Under the pieces are notes generated by a model. The model was not told the origin of the DNA. It made no database searches and worked only from the letters and a program-made list of their open reading frames with translations. A DNA stretch of 32,967 bases from Macrostomum lignano (lineage: Eukaryota), in contig NIVC01004863.1 in NCBI GenBank assembly GCA_002269645.1, forward strand, positions 1 through 32,967, written 5' to 3'. A program made the position numbers and the translations under genes. Positions 1-10,869 of this stretch are shown piece after piece. Each line of letters begins with the position of its first letter. Position 1 is the stretch's first letter.

Positions 1-1
1 C

Positions 2-829
2 GATGCTGAAGTGGCCGACGGCGGGGTGCGGCGGCGGTGCGTGGCGGCGGCGGCGGCGGCGGTGGTGGTGGTGGAGGCGCCTGGAACTGCTGCTGTTGCG
101 CTGTTGCAGAGGCGGCCCCAGCTTCCGAGCTGCTGTTGCTGTTGCTGCTGCTGCTGCGCTGCTGCTGCGATTGATCCTCTGCAAATGACACGGAGTTACC
201 GCCATTGCTGCAGCAGCAGCTGCCCACCACCTGGATGACCAGGTGCACCTGCTGCGGCTGGTTGTTTCGAATCCACGCAACAGCTGCTGCTGCTGGCAAC
301 GCTGCACTGCAACGCCACTAATGACGCGCAGCCGCCTCCGCTGCTCCGCAGGCACCGCCGCTGCTGCCGCAGGCGCCGCCGATGACGCAGGAGCCTCCGC
401 TGCCGGCGCTGCATCGCCGAGGGTGGGCAGCAGCCGGCGCCGCTGGTCCCGGAGTAGATGCACGCTGCCGGGCCGCGGTACCGCCGCCGCCGATGTGGCG
501 CGGCGCGACCTGCACATTCGGCGCTGTGCGCTGTCGCTCCGCTGCGCCGCAATGTGGTTCCGACTCGATATTGGCATATTGGCTGCTTCCTGGCTCGCGA
601 TTCGCACGGACTGCGTTGGTTCAGTTCTTAAACGGCTCGAAACATAAAAGTCCACTCTGGGATGAGCGGAATCGCTATGCTGTAACAACTCAAATTGAAG
701 CTTAGTAAGTGACGGGAAGCTCTTCCGTCTTGCGCATAGACTATGAAGTAGATCAGGCGCGCATATGGCATCGGTGCTCGTTTGCTCGCCTGACCGGCGA
801 GAGGCAAACCACCATGTCCATGCGACTGA
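2..829 (-). CDS. Possible low-complexity (Pro/Gln/Ala/Ser-rich) coding segment running off the left edge; frame and identity uncertain
   Basis: By hand translation, one minus frame is stop-free from 829 to the window edge (ATG at 577; ...PRPGSVHLLRDQRRRLL...). A second minus frame is open from 317 to the edge (IRNNQPQQVHLVIQVVGSCCC...QQQQFQAPPPPPPPPPP). Sequence is GC-rich with CAG/CCG triplet runs. No definite domain was recognised. Confidence 0.3.
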
Positions 830-944
830 CTACAAGCCCACAGAGGGTTGTACATTGGCTGACTTTCACATCGCCAGGCACGTACGAGTAACACTCTGTG
901 CCTGTTGGAGGTTGGCCCTCGTGTGGCGAGAATCGCATGACGAA

Positions 945-1793
945 GCGCCAAACTGGGGCAGCTTAGTGGCGCCCAACCGGGGAGCTTAAGGTGGCGCCAA
1001 CCGGGGCAGCTTAGTGGCACCCAACGGGGAGCTTGACGTGGCGCCAACCGGGGCAGCTTAGTGGCGCCCAACCGGGGAGCTTAAAGTGAGGGCAGTGAAA
1101 TGTGGCGCCAACTGGGGAGCTTAAAGTGGCGCCAACCGGGGAGCTTAAAGTGGCGCCAACCGGGGCAGCTTAAAGTGGCGCCAACCGGAAGCTTAACGTG
1201 ATTAAAGTGGCGCCAACGAGAGATAGAGTAGATAAAGTGGCACCAACCGGGGCAGCTTAAAGTGGCGCCAACCGGAAGCTTAACGTGATTAAAGTGGCGC
1301 CAACCGGGCGAGCTTAAAGTGGCGCCAACCGGGGCAGCTTAAATGGCGCCAACCGGGGCAGCTTAAAATGGCGCCAACCGGGGCAGCTTAAAATGGCGCC
1401 AACCGGGGCAGGTTGAAGTGGCGCCAATTCGGGAGCTTAAAGTGGCGCCAACCGCGGAGCTTGACGTGGCGCCAACCGGGGAGCTTAAAGTGGCGCCAAC
1501 CGGGGCAGCTTAAAGTGGCGCCAACCGGAAGCTTAACGTGATTAAAGTGGCGCCAACGGGGAGCTTAAAGTGGCGCCAACCGGGCAGCTTAAAATGGCGC
1601 CAACCGGGCAGCTTAAAATCGGCGCCAACCGGGGCAGCTTAAAATGGCGCCAACCGGGGCAGGTTGAAGTGGCGCCAATTCGGGAGCTTAAAGTGGCGCC
1701 AACCGCGGAGCTTGACGTGGCGCCAACGGGGAGCTTAAAGTGGCGCCAACCGGGGAGCTTAAAGTGGTGCTAACTGGGGAGCTTAAAGTGGCG
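945..1793 (+). repeat. ~24-bp minisatellite (GTGGCGCCAACCGGGGAGCTTAAA), ~33 degenerate copies
   Basis: Directly visible tandem units. The ORF period MAPTGQLK (8 aa) matches 24 bp. Confidence 0.95.
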
Positions 1794-2444
1794 GTGAAAT
1801 TGGGGCGCTGACTCGGGGCACCAAGAGCCCGCAGGAACTGAGACAGAGTATGAAGTGACATGCATGTAACAGAAATGCGTACACCTATCAGTTTCCTGGA
1901 GATGGCAAAGCCAGTCTCTATGCCGGAGCCCTGTTCCCACGCAGTCTGTCTGCCCATGAAACTGGCATACAGCACATGCACACTTTGTCCAGGCCAGAGC
2001 CAGAGCCCAAGCCCGGACCCGAGAACTCAGGTGCACGCGAACTAAAATATAGTCACAGAGACCCCCCCTAAATTCAACCCCAAATGCCCTGCATCAAGTT
2101 TGCCCCAGTCTCCACCTTCCATCCCTTCCCTTGTAGACAGACAAAGACGTGGGCCCCTAGCTGCAATAGGCCAGTCCAGGTGTGGGCGCACTTCAATTAA
2201 AGAATTAAGCCAGGATTCGAGCACGAACTTCTGCTTCAATCAATATGGGTTCAGTTAATTATGGCGAATAAGAGCGTAGTTGCGGTTTTCGTCATACACA
2301 TTTATTTACAATGCGTCTGTAACAAATACTGAAGCAGTTGAAACGGTGATTTTAGTGAGGATTTGCAAGGGGTCATAGCTTACAGACTCGTGGGGATTTG
2401 GGAAAAAACAGATTCTTTGGGATCCTTAATGGGATTCTTAACCT

Positions 2445-3318
2445 CTGGGAATGGGGATTTGGAATCGCGATGGGATATTTAAACTCTTTGCGAATGGGGA
2501 TTTGGGATCGTAATGGGATTCCTAAACTCTTTAGGAGTGGGGTTTGAGATCGTAATGGGATTCTTAAACTTTTTAAGGAATGAGGATTTGAGATCGAAAT
2601 GGGATTCTTAAACTATTTAGGAATGGGGATTTGAGATCGAAATGGATTCTTAAACTCTTTGGGATGGGGATTTGAGATCGCAATGGGATTCTTAAACTCT
2701 TTGGATGGGGATTTGAGATCGTAATGGGATTCTTAAACTCTTTGGGATGGGATTTGAGATCGTAATGGGATCCTTAAACTATTTAAGAATGAGCATTTGA
2801 GATCGAAATGGGATTCTTAAATTCGTTAGGAATGAGGATTTGAGATCGTAATGGGATTCTTAAACTCTTTGGATGGGATTTGAGATCGTAATGGGATTCT
2901 TAAACTCTTTGGGATGGGGATTTGAAATCGTAATGGGATTCTTAAATCTTTGGGATGGGGATTTGAGATCGTAATGGGATTCTTAAAATCTTTGGGATGG
3001 GGATTTGAAATCGTAATGGGATTCTTAAAATCTTTGGGATGGGGATTTGAGATCGTAATGGGATTCTTAAACTCTTTGGATGGGATTTGAGATCGCAATG
3101 GGATTCTTAAACTCTTTGGGATGGGGATTTGAGATCGCAATGGATTCTTAAACTCTGGAATGGGAATTCGGGATCGTAATGGGATTTTTAAACCTGGGAA
3201 TGGGGATTTGAGATCGTAATGGGATTCTAAACTCTTTAGGAATGGGATTTTAGATCGTAAGGGGATTTTTAAACTCTGGGAATGGGAATTTGAGATCGTA
3301 ATGGGATTTCTTAAACTC
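2445..3318 (+). repeat. ~42-bp minisatellite (GGGATTTGAGATCGTAATGGGATTCTTAAACTCTTTGGGATG), ~21 copies
   Basis: Visible tandem units. The antisense ORF period KDFKNPITISNPHP (14 aa) matches 42 bp. Confidence 0.95.
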
Positions 3319-3329
3319 ATTGGCTCTAC

Positions 3330-4510
3330 TTATAAACTCGATAAGAACAGTTCATCGGGAATATAGTCGCATTCGAATAGAGCATCAGGATCAAAGTCGA
3401 ACATTCCTAAGCAGCGGACGGCCATGTCGGCGGGCAGCGCCAGGAATGGTCGCAGCGGCTGGCCGCTCAACATGGCTGAGGCTGGAAGGTGCAGCACCTC
3501 GGTGGCGTCGGGGTCCGCGCCAGGCTGGGAGTGGCTCAGCCGGACCTCCTGCTGCGAGCCGTCGCCGCCGCCCGAGCAGCGGAGGCTGAGCGCCAGCTCA
3601 TCACCGGCCAGCAGCCGAGGCCAGGCTTTAGTGGGCTGGCTGTGCCAGTTCTCGCTGGCCGGCCGAGCCGACAGAGCCGCCGGGTCCTCGGGCAGCGGCT
3701 GCCAGTCATCGTGGAGACCGTAGCCGTTCGGTGACCAGGCGGTGACGCCGAATGTGAGCTGCTGGCGCCGCTGCTGCTGGTGCAGCTTGCTCGGCCGGGT
3801 GACTTGAAGCAGCAGCTGCTGGTTGGTCTGCAACCGCTCGGCGCTCAGGGCATAGCAGGTTGAGCGGTCGCCTGACTCGGCCTCCACAGAGTCAACCAAG
3901 TAGCGCTGCTCGCCGGAGCGCACCGACAGCAGGTAGGTATCATCCTTCGTCAGGCGGAGCAGCTGCTCGCCAACAACGCCGTCTCGCCTGCTGCGCCTTC
4001 TAGAAGTATTGGCGAAATCTATATAAGCCGGCTGGCCGAGAAGCTCGACCACGGGCCAGAAGCCTTTGCCACCGCGGCAGCTGAGACTGGCGAGGCTGGC
4101 AGCAGCAGGGTCTCCTGGCAGTCGCCGTAGTGGCAGCACAACAGCAGTTGAGATGCGCCATCCGGCCATTGCAGACTGAACTGCACCTTCCTAAGTCGCC
4201 TGCCGGCCCGACAAGCTACAGGCAGCAGCCAGGTGTCTCTGGGCCCCAGCTTGGCAGCTCGAGGCGCGTCTGGCGATCGACTGGTGACGCCAACCCGGAT
4301 TGAACCGCGCCAGGCTGGCGGGGCGCGCAGTCGAAACCGCAGTGGCTTGTCACCTGGGCAAATATTTGTCTCACCGTAGCAACGGCCGCCGTCAAATCCG
4401 TGTTGTACCCGGTAAACCCGAGTGCCGCGTTCGTTAATTCGGAGGTTGCTGTCCGCTAAGCAACGAAATTTAATGTCGCTTTGATGAGCACGAGACGTGC
4501 ATGGACCCAT
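3330..4510 (-). CDS. neur: Divergent Neuralized-like protein with two NHR (Neuralized homology repeat) domains; one apparent frameshift near 4080-4165
   Basis: ORF 4510-4019 gives KFRCLADSNLRINERGTRVYRVQHGFDGGRCY...RFRLRAPPAWRGSIRVGVTSRSPD (NHR1-like pattern: F..G..F...I......W.G..R.G.T..DP). Overlapping ORF 4169-3330 continues with FWPVVELLGQ (NHR end, like LWAVVDVYG) and then LTFGVTAWSPN...LPEDPAALSARPASENW, which resembles the Neuralized NHR2 motif LAFG.TSCDP...LP.D...L.DRPEYW. Recognised by motif recall only. Confidence 0.7.
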
Positions 4511-5904
4511 TTAACCTCTTACCGAAGTTTGAACTTTTTTCTAATTATATTATCGATTACACCATAGTGTGTGTGTGTGCGTCTCTAGGGTCTGGTCAAG
4601 AAGACTTTAGTCTAAACCACTACTGGGTGTGAAGCGATGCCAATTTGGGCTCAATTTAAAAGCCTTTACCGTGGCTGAAAAGTCACGAGGGTCGGAGCGG
4701 AAGGGTCTTCCTGGCTGGTTCAATGAATGAAAAAGGAATAGCTGGGGTAAGATTGGCTTGTCCTTTGCAGTTTTCTCTCTCCCCTCTCCGTCCCTCACTA
4801 TTTTTATTGCGGCCTTTCCTCTCCCGCCTCCGCAAAATCTAGACTGTACACTGAGGGCCATCGGAGCTGTGGAGGAGGCTTGAACCGGAGTGGGTGGTTA
4901 TAAAATTAGACCCACCCTTGATGAGTCATTAACTTTGGGGGGACCGGCTCTCCAACTGTGCGTACCAGCACAACCCCCCTCTCGCGAGAACTGGCCTCAA
5001 TTCCCAAACCCTTCTAGCTAGTGAAAAGAACGGTCCTTTTTGTACTTTATTATTCGTTCACTTAATTGTCCTTCCTTTATCCTTTGCCCCGAGCGGGCCG
5101 AGCTCCCATTCTTAGCTGAGCGAGCGAAAGCGAAACAAGTTGAAATGAAACAGGAAAGAACAAACTGTGCCTCGTCCAAAAAAGCTCTCTTCTCTCACCA
5201 AGGCCAAACACTAAATGTCTTTCTACTCTTTGTTTATTTCCACGTTTTCCCCTAAATTTTGCATTTACTCATTGTTCATGACAGCTCGTATGCTCAAGCT
5301 TAACGAGAAGAATTTATTGCTCCCGTCTTTTTTGTGTTAGGTATTTATTCAGGTATTCGCGGATTTTGGTTCTGGTTTTGGTTTTGGGCCTTGGCCTGGC
5401 CTGTGGGCCTAGCATTTTGTTCCCATGCACATTAAGCCTTGTTACTAGGCTAATTGCCACTTGCCATTTGTCCAGCCAGCCCACCTTTAAGACCAAAGCA
5501 AATGTTTGCCATATTTGGCTAGTTGCTCGCCCGATTGTCCCCTACTCCCCGCTTTTTCCATCAATCTCTTTTCCTTTGTTCTCCACTATGCTATTCAGAG
5601 TTCAGACTACGCTTGTACAGTGCAACAACCCGCTTTCATGAACACAAGGTAAAATCAGGGACGCCCTGGAATTTTAGTCTGGACTGTGAAAGCAGAACCC
5701 TACAAATTATCACCAGAACAGACCAGGTTTTGTCAATTTTTTTGCAGATTCAAGCTTGGGAAGGGATTCGGTGACTAAGGGGACAGAAGAAGTTTGCACC
5801 TTGTGTTTGTGTCACGTTACGTATAAATTCTCCAATAAGTGGAGGAGTGCGCTTCTGTTGCTAGCTTTTTATCGTCTCGTTTCCCATACAAACAGTTTGT
5901 CCAA

Positions 5905-6445
5905 GCTCACTGCTAATTCACAATCCCCAAGCTTCACACCCACTGCTAATTCACAATCCTCAAGCTTCACACCCACTGCTAATTCACAATCCCCAAGCTT
6001 CACACCCACTGCTAATTCACAATCCCCAAGCTTCACACCCACTGCTAATTCACAATCCTCAAGCTTCACACCCACTGCTAATTCACAATCCCCAAGCTTC
6101 ACACTCACTGCTAATTCACAATCCCCAAGCTTCACACTCACTGCTAATTCACAATCTTCAAGCTTCACACTCACTGCTAATTCACAATCCCCAAGCTTCA
6201 CACCCACTGCTAATTCACAATCCCCAAGCTTCACACTCACTGCTAATTCACAATTCCCAAGCTTCAACTCACTGCTAATTCACAATCACCAAGTTTCACA
6301 CTCACTGCTAATTCACAATACCCAAGCTTCACACCCACTGCTAATTCACAATCCCCAAGCATCACACCCACTGCTAATTCACAATCCCCAAGCATCACAC
6401 CCACTGCTAATTCACAATCCCCAAGCTTCACACCCACTGCTAATT
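5905..6445 (+). repeat. 33-bp minisatellite (CACTGCTAATTCACAATCCCCAAGCTTCACACC), ~16 copies
   Basis: Visible tandem units. Translated period TANSQSPSFTP (11 aa). Confidence 0.95.
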
Positions 6446-8668
6446 CACAATTCCCAAGTTTCACCAATTCCCAAGCTTCGCAATCCCCAAGCTTCACAAT
6501 TCCCAAGTTTCACCAATTCCCAAGCTTCGCAATCCCAAGCTTCACAATTCCCAAGTTTCACCAATTCCCAAGTTTCACCAATTCCCAAGCTTCGCAATCC
6601 CCAAGCTTCACAATTCCCAAGTTTCACCAATTCCCAAGCTTCGCAATCCCAAGATTCACAATTCCCAAGTTTCACCAATTCCCAAGTTTCACCAATTCCC
6701 AAGCTTCGCAATCCCCAAGCTTCACAATTCCCAAGTTTCACCAATTCCCAAGCTTCGCAATCCCCAAGCTTCACAATTCCCAAGTTTCACCAATTCCCAA
6801 GCTTCGCAATCCCCAAGCTTCACAATTCCCAAGTTTCACCAATTCCCAAGTTTCACCAATTCCCAAGCTTCACAATTCCCAAGTTTCACCAATTCCCAAG
6901 TTTCACCAATTCCCAAGCTTCGCAATCCCCAAGCTTCACAATTCCCAAGTTTCACCAATTCCCAAGCTTCGCAATCCCAAGATTCACAATTCCCAAGTTT
7001 CACCAATTCCCAAGTTTCACCAATTCCCAAGCTTCACAATTCCCAAGTTTCACCAATTCCCAAGTTTCACCAATTCCCAAGCTTCGCAATCCCCAAGATT
7101 CACAATTCCCAAGTTTCACCAATTCCAAGCTTCGCAATCCCCAAGCTTCACAATTCCCAAGTTTCACCAATTCCCAAGCTTCGCAATCCCCAAGCTTCAC
7201 AATTCCCAAGTTTCACCAATTCCCAAGCTTCGCAATCCCCAAGCTTCACAATTCCCAAGTTTCACCAATTCCCAAGTTTCACCAATTCCAAGCTTCGCAA
7301 TCCCCAAGATTCACAATTTCCAAGTTTCACCAATTCCCAAGCTTCGCAATCCCCAAGATTCACAATTCCCAAGTTTCACCAATTCCCAAGCTTCGCAATC
7401 CCCAAGCTTCACAATTCCCAAGTTTCACCAATTCCCAAGCTTTGCAATCCCCAAGCTTCACAATTCCCAAGTTTCACCAATTCCCAAGCTTCGCAATCCC
7501 CAAGCTTCACAATTCCCAAGTTTCACCAATTCCCAAGCTTCGCAATCCCCAAGCTTCACAATTCCCAAGTTTCACCAATTCCCAAGCTTCGCAATCCCCA
7601 AGCTTCACAATTCCCAAGTTTCACCAATTCCCAAGTTTCACCAATTCCCAAGCTTCGCAATCCCCAAGCTTCACAATTCCCAAGTTTCACCAATTCCCAA
7701 GCTTCGCAATCCCCAAGATTCACAATTCCCAAGTTTCACCAATTCCCAAGTTTCACCAATTCCCAAGCTTCGCAATCCCCAAGCTTCACAATTCCCAAGT
7801 TTCACCAATTCCCAAGCTTCGCAATCCCCAAGCTTCACAATTCCCAAGTTTCACCAATTCCCAAGCTTCGCAATCCCCAAGCTTCACAATTCCCAAGTTT
7901 CACCAATTCCCAAGTTTCACCAATTCCCAAGCTTCACAATTCCCAAGTTTCACCAATTCCCAAGTTTCACCAATTCCCAAGCTTCGCAATCCCCAAGCTT
8001 CACAATTCCCAAGTTTCACCAATTCCCAAGCTTCGCAATCCCCAAGATTCACAATTCCCAAGTTTCACCAATTCCCAAGTTTCACCAATTCCCAAGCTTC
8101 ACAATTCCCAAGTTTCACCAATTCCCAAGTTTCACCAATTCCCAAGCTTCGCAATCCCCAAGATTCACAATTCCCAAGTTTCACCAATTCCCAAGCTTCG
8201 CAATCCCCAAGCTTCGCAATCCCCAAGTTTCACCAATTCCCAAGCTTCGCAATCCCCAAGTTTCACAATCCCCAAGTTTCACCAATTCCCAAGCTTCGCA
8301 ATCCCCAAGCTTCACAATTCCCAAGTTTCACCAATTCCCAAGCTTCGCAATCCCCAAGCTTCACAATTCCAAGTTTCACCAATTCCCAAGCTTCGCAATC
8401 CCCAAGCTTCACAATTCCCAAGTTTCACCAATTCCCAAGCTTCGCAATCCCCAAGCTTCACAATTCCCAAGTTTCACCAATTCCCAAGCTTCGCAATCCC
8501 CAAGCTTCACAATTCCCAAGTTTCACCAATTCCCAAGCTTTGCAATCCCCAAGCTTCACAATTCCCAAGTTTCACCAATTCCCAAGCTTTGCAATCCCCA
8601 AGCTTCACAATCCCCAAGCTTCACAATCCCCAAGCTTCACAATGCCCAAGCTTCGCAATCTCCAAGCT
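6446..8668 (+). repeat. 16-17-bp minisatellite with three variant monomers (CAAGCTTCACAATTCC / CAAGTTTCACCAATTCC / CAAGCTTCGCAATCCC) forming a ~50-bp higher-order unit
   Basis: Visible ordered alternation of the three variants over ~2.2 kb. Confidence 0.95.
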
Positions 8669-9339
8669 AATTCTACTGACATCCAATTGTTCTGTTTAGT
8701 TGCCATTTTCATTTAAAATGTCAATTGGGGTCTGAAAGTCAAGAATTAGATAGGGAAAATACTGCAGACATGGCAGGGGTTCATGTGCGTTCCCACGATA
8801 AGGAGGATTTTCGATGAGGTGGCGGTGGGTGGAGCTAGAATATGAGTATAATAGGACTGACCCTATCTGGCGAGTGTGGGTGGAGTGTGGGTGGTCCGCC
8901 CACACTTCTCAAGTCCAAACCTTGTAGTGTAAGAGATGACTAACTGCGGCAGCCCAGATCTAGGACACCCCAAAACCTCTGAGAAACTACCAATACATAC
9001 TTCGACTACGGGTTTCATATTTTCAGAACGAAACCAAAGTTAGTCAACTACTCGTAGTTGCCTAAAATGAACCCGGAAACAGCCAGCCAATTTACTTTTC
9101 GGAACACCAGCGATTATTCGCACAACTCAAAGTCGCAATCTTCATTTTTTCAGAAGCGTGAATTTCGATCGCACAGATTCCCACGGTAATGCCCTTTAAC
9201 TGCATGGCTTCGGTACTTGAGGCTTGTAAACCAATGTTTGGTGTACAGTAGCGCAGCTGGCGTACGCAGAGGGGCCAGGGCCCAGGAGCTCAACTTTGCC
9301 GCCTCTTGGACGTAGCATTCACCGCCCTAAGAGACAGAG

Positions 9340-9456
9340 ACAGGGGCGCCAACCAAGAGACAGCGGCGCCAATCAAGAGACAGGGGCGCCAATCAAGAGA
9401 CAGAGGCGCCAACCAAGAGACAAGGGCGCCAATCAAGAGACAGGGGCGCCAACCAA
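9340..9456 (+). repeat. 20-bp minisatellite (CAGGGGCGCCAA[C/T]CAAGAGA), ~6 copies
   Basis: Visible tandem units. Confidence 0.9.
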
Positions 9457-9680
9457 AAATTTGATGCTTTTGAACTGTTTTTAAAATTTAAACCCTGAGA
9501 ATGAATGCAAAGAATATAATGGTTGGCACTAAGCAGTTGGATTTTTAAATGTTATTCTACCATGCATTTATTTCTACTGTTAGTAGAGAGGAAGGCTTCA
9601 ATGCATAAAATATTTTAGCGTTCGACTTTGAAAGATTCAAACGAAACAGTTAGAGAAGGCTAACAGTTCCACATTTTGTG

Positions 9681-9990
<310 letters not shown>

Positions 9991-10869
9991 TACTGTCCCA
10001 TCAGGAGTAACGGCAGTCGTAGCATTAAAGCATATTTACAATATTACGTACTTGTATCAAAGGTATGCACCAGGTTGAGGCTCCCATTGCCTGCATTTAC
10101 CCAGAGTCAATAAAATAGATGAACTATTCAGACTGGCATCCAAGCAATCGTGTTCATCTTGGTCTCTCCCAGCCCACCCACATCCAGCTGCATTGACAAC
10201 AACAACTATACAACTCCGAGCCTCACCGACCCTTCGAACAGCAAATTCCTAGAAAGCAAATTCTCCGGGAAAGGGGGCGACAGGCAGACAGATTTATCAT
10301 ACGGTGCCCATCGGGCCTGTCATGGCCATTGCCGGACAAGCGGCCGGGGACGGCAGCAGTACATTCTGTTCTAGAAGCAGTAAGACAGGGCTCGACCTGG
10401 CTTCTTCAAAGGTAGTCAGAACCGAAATTCAGTTTGCAACGATGGCTGCGCTGCACTTTACTGCCATGCCCATCTTTTCCGGTTGGCCTGTCATTTCTCA
10501 CTGTTTGCTCATCTCCCTGCCGTCTCCTCCCGCTCTCGTCCCCGCCTCTGTGCAAGTGACCGCTGGGTCTCGAATATGCGCTGGCTTGAGTGGGAAAATA
10601 AATTTTCCATATTGCGGACAGCATCCCCCAGTTGGACAAGGACTCCCGAGGAGTGGAGCAGACAGACAGGCACCTCATCTAGGCATCGCGATCTGTAGGG
10701 CAAGCCCCTCAAAGGTTTGAGAACAAGCCTCTCTACTCCAACTACATGCTTGGGCACATGTAGTTGCGTTTCGGCTTCATGACTGAAGCGATAGGAAAAT
10801 TCATTACGCTTTAGCTGCCTGCCTGCAAGTCTGCAACCCGTTCCCTGACTGACCTTTCAGATAGTTGTC

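Noticed and set aside
4080-4165. Programmed ribosomal frameshift in the NHR gene
   Set aside because: No X_XXY_YYZ slippery site was seen, and similar 1-bp indels in the other two genes point to assembly error.
5756-8716. 986-aa ORF as a repetitive protein gene
   Set aside because: It is almost entirely non-triplet (16/17-bp) satellite that lacks stop codons in all plus frames. The translation cycles through frames, there is no real ATG context, and no domain is recognisable.
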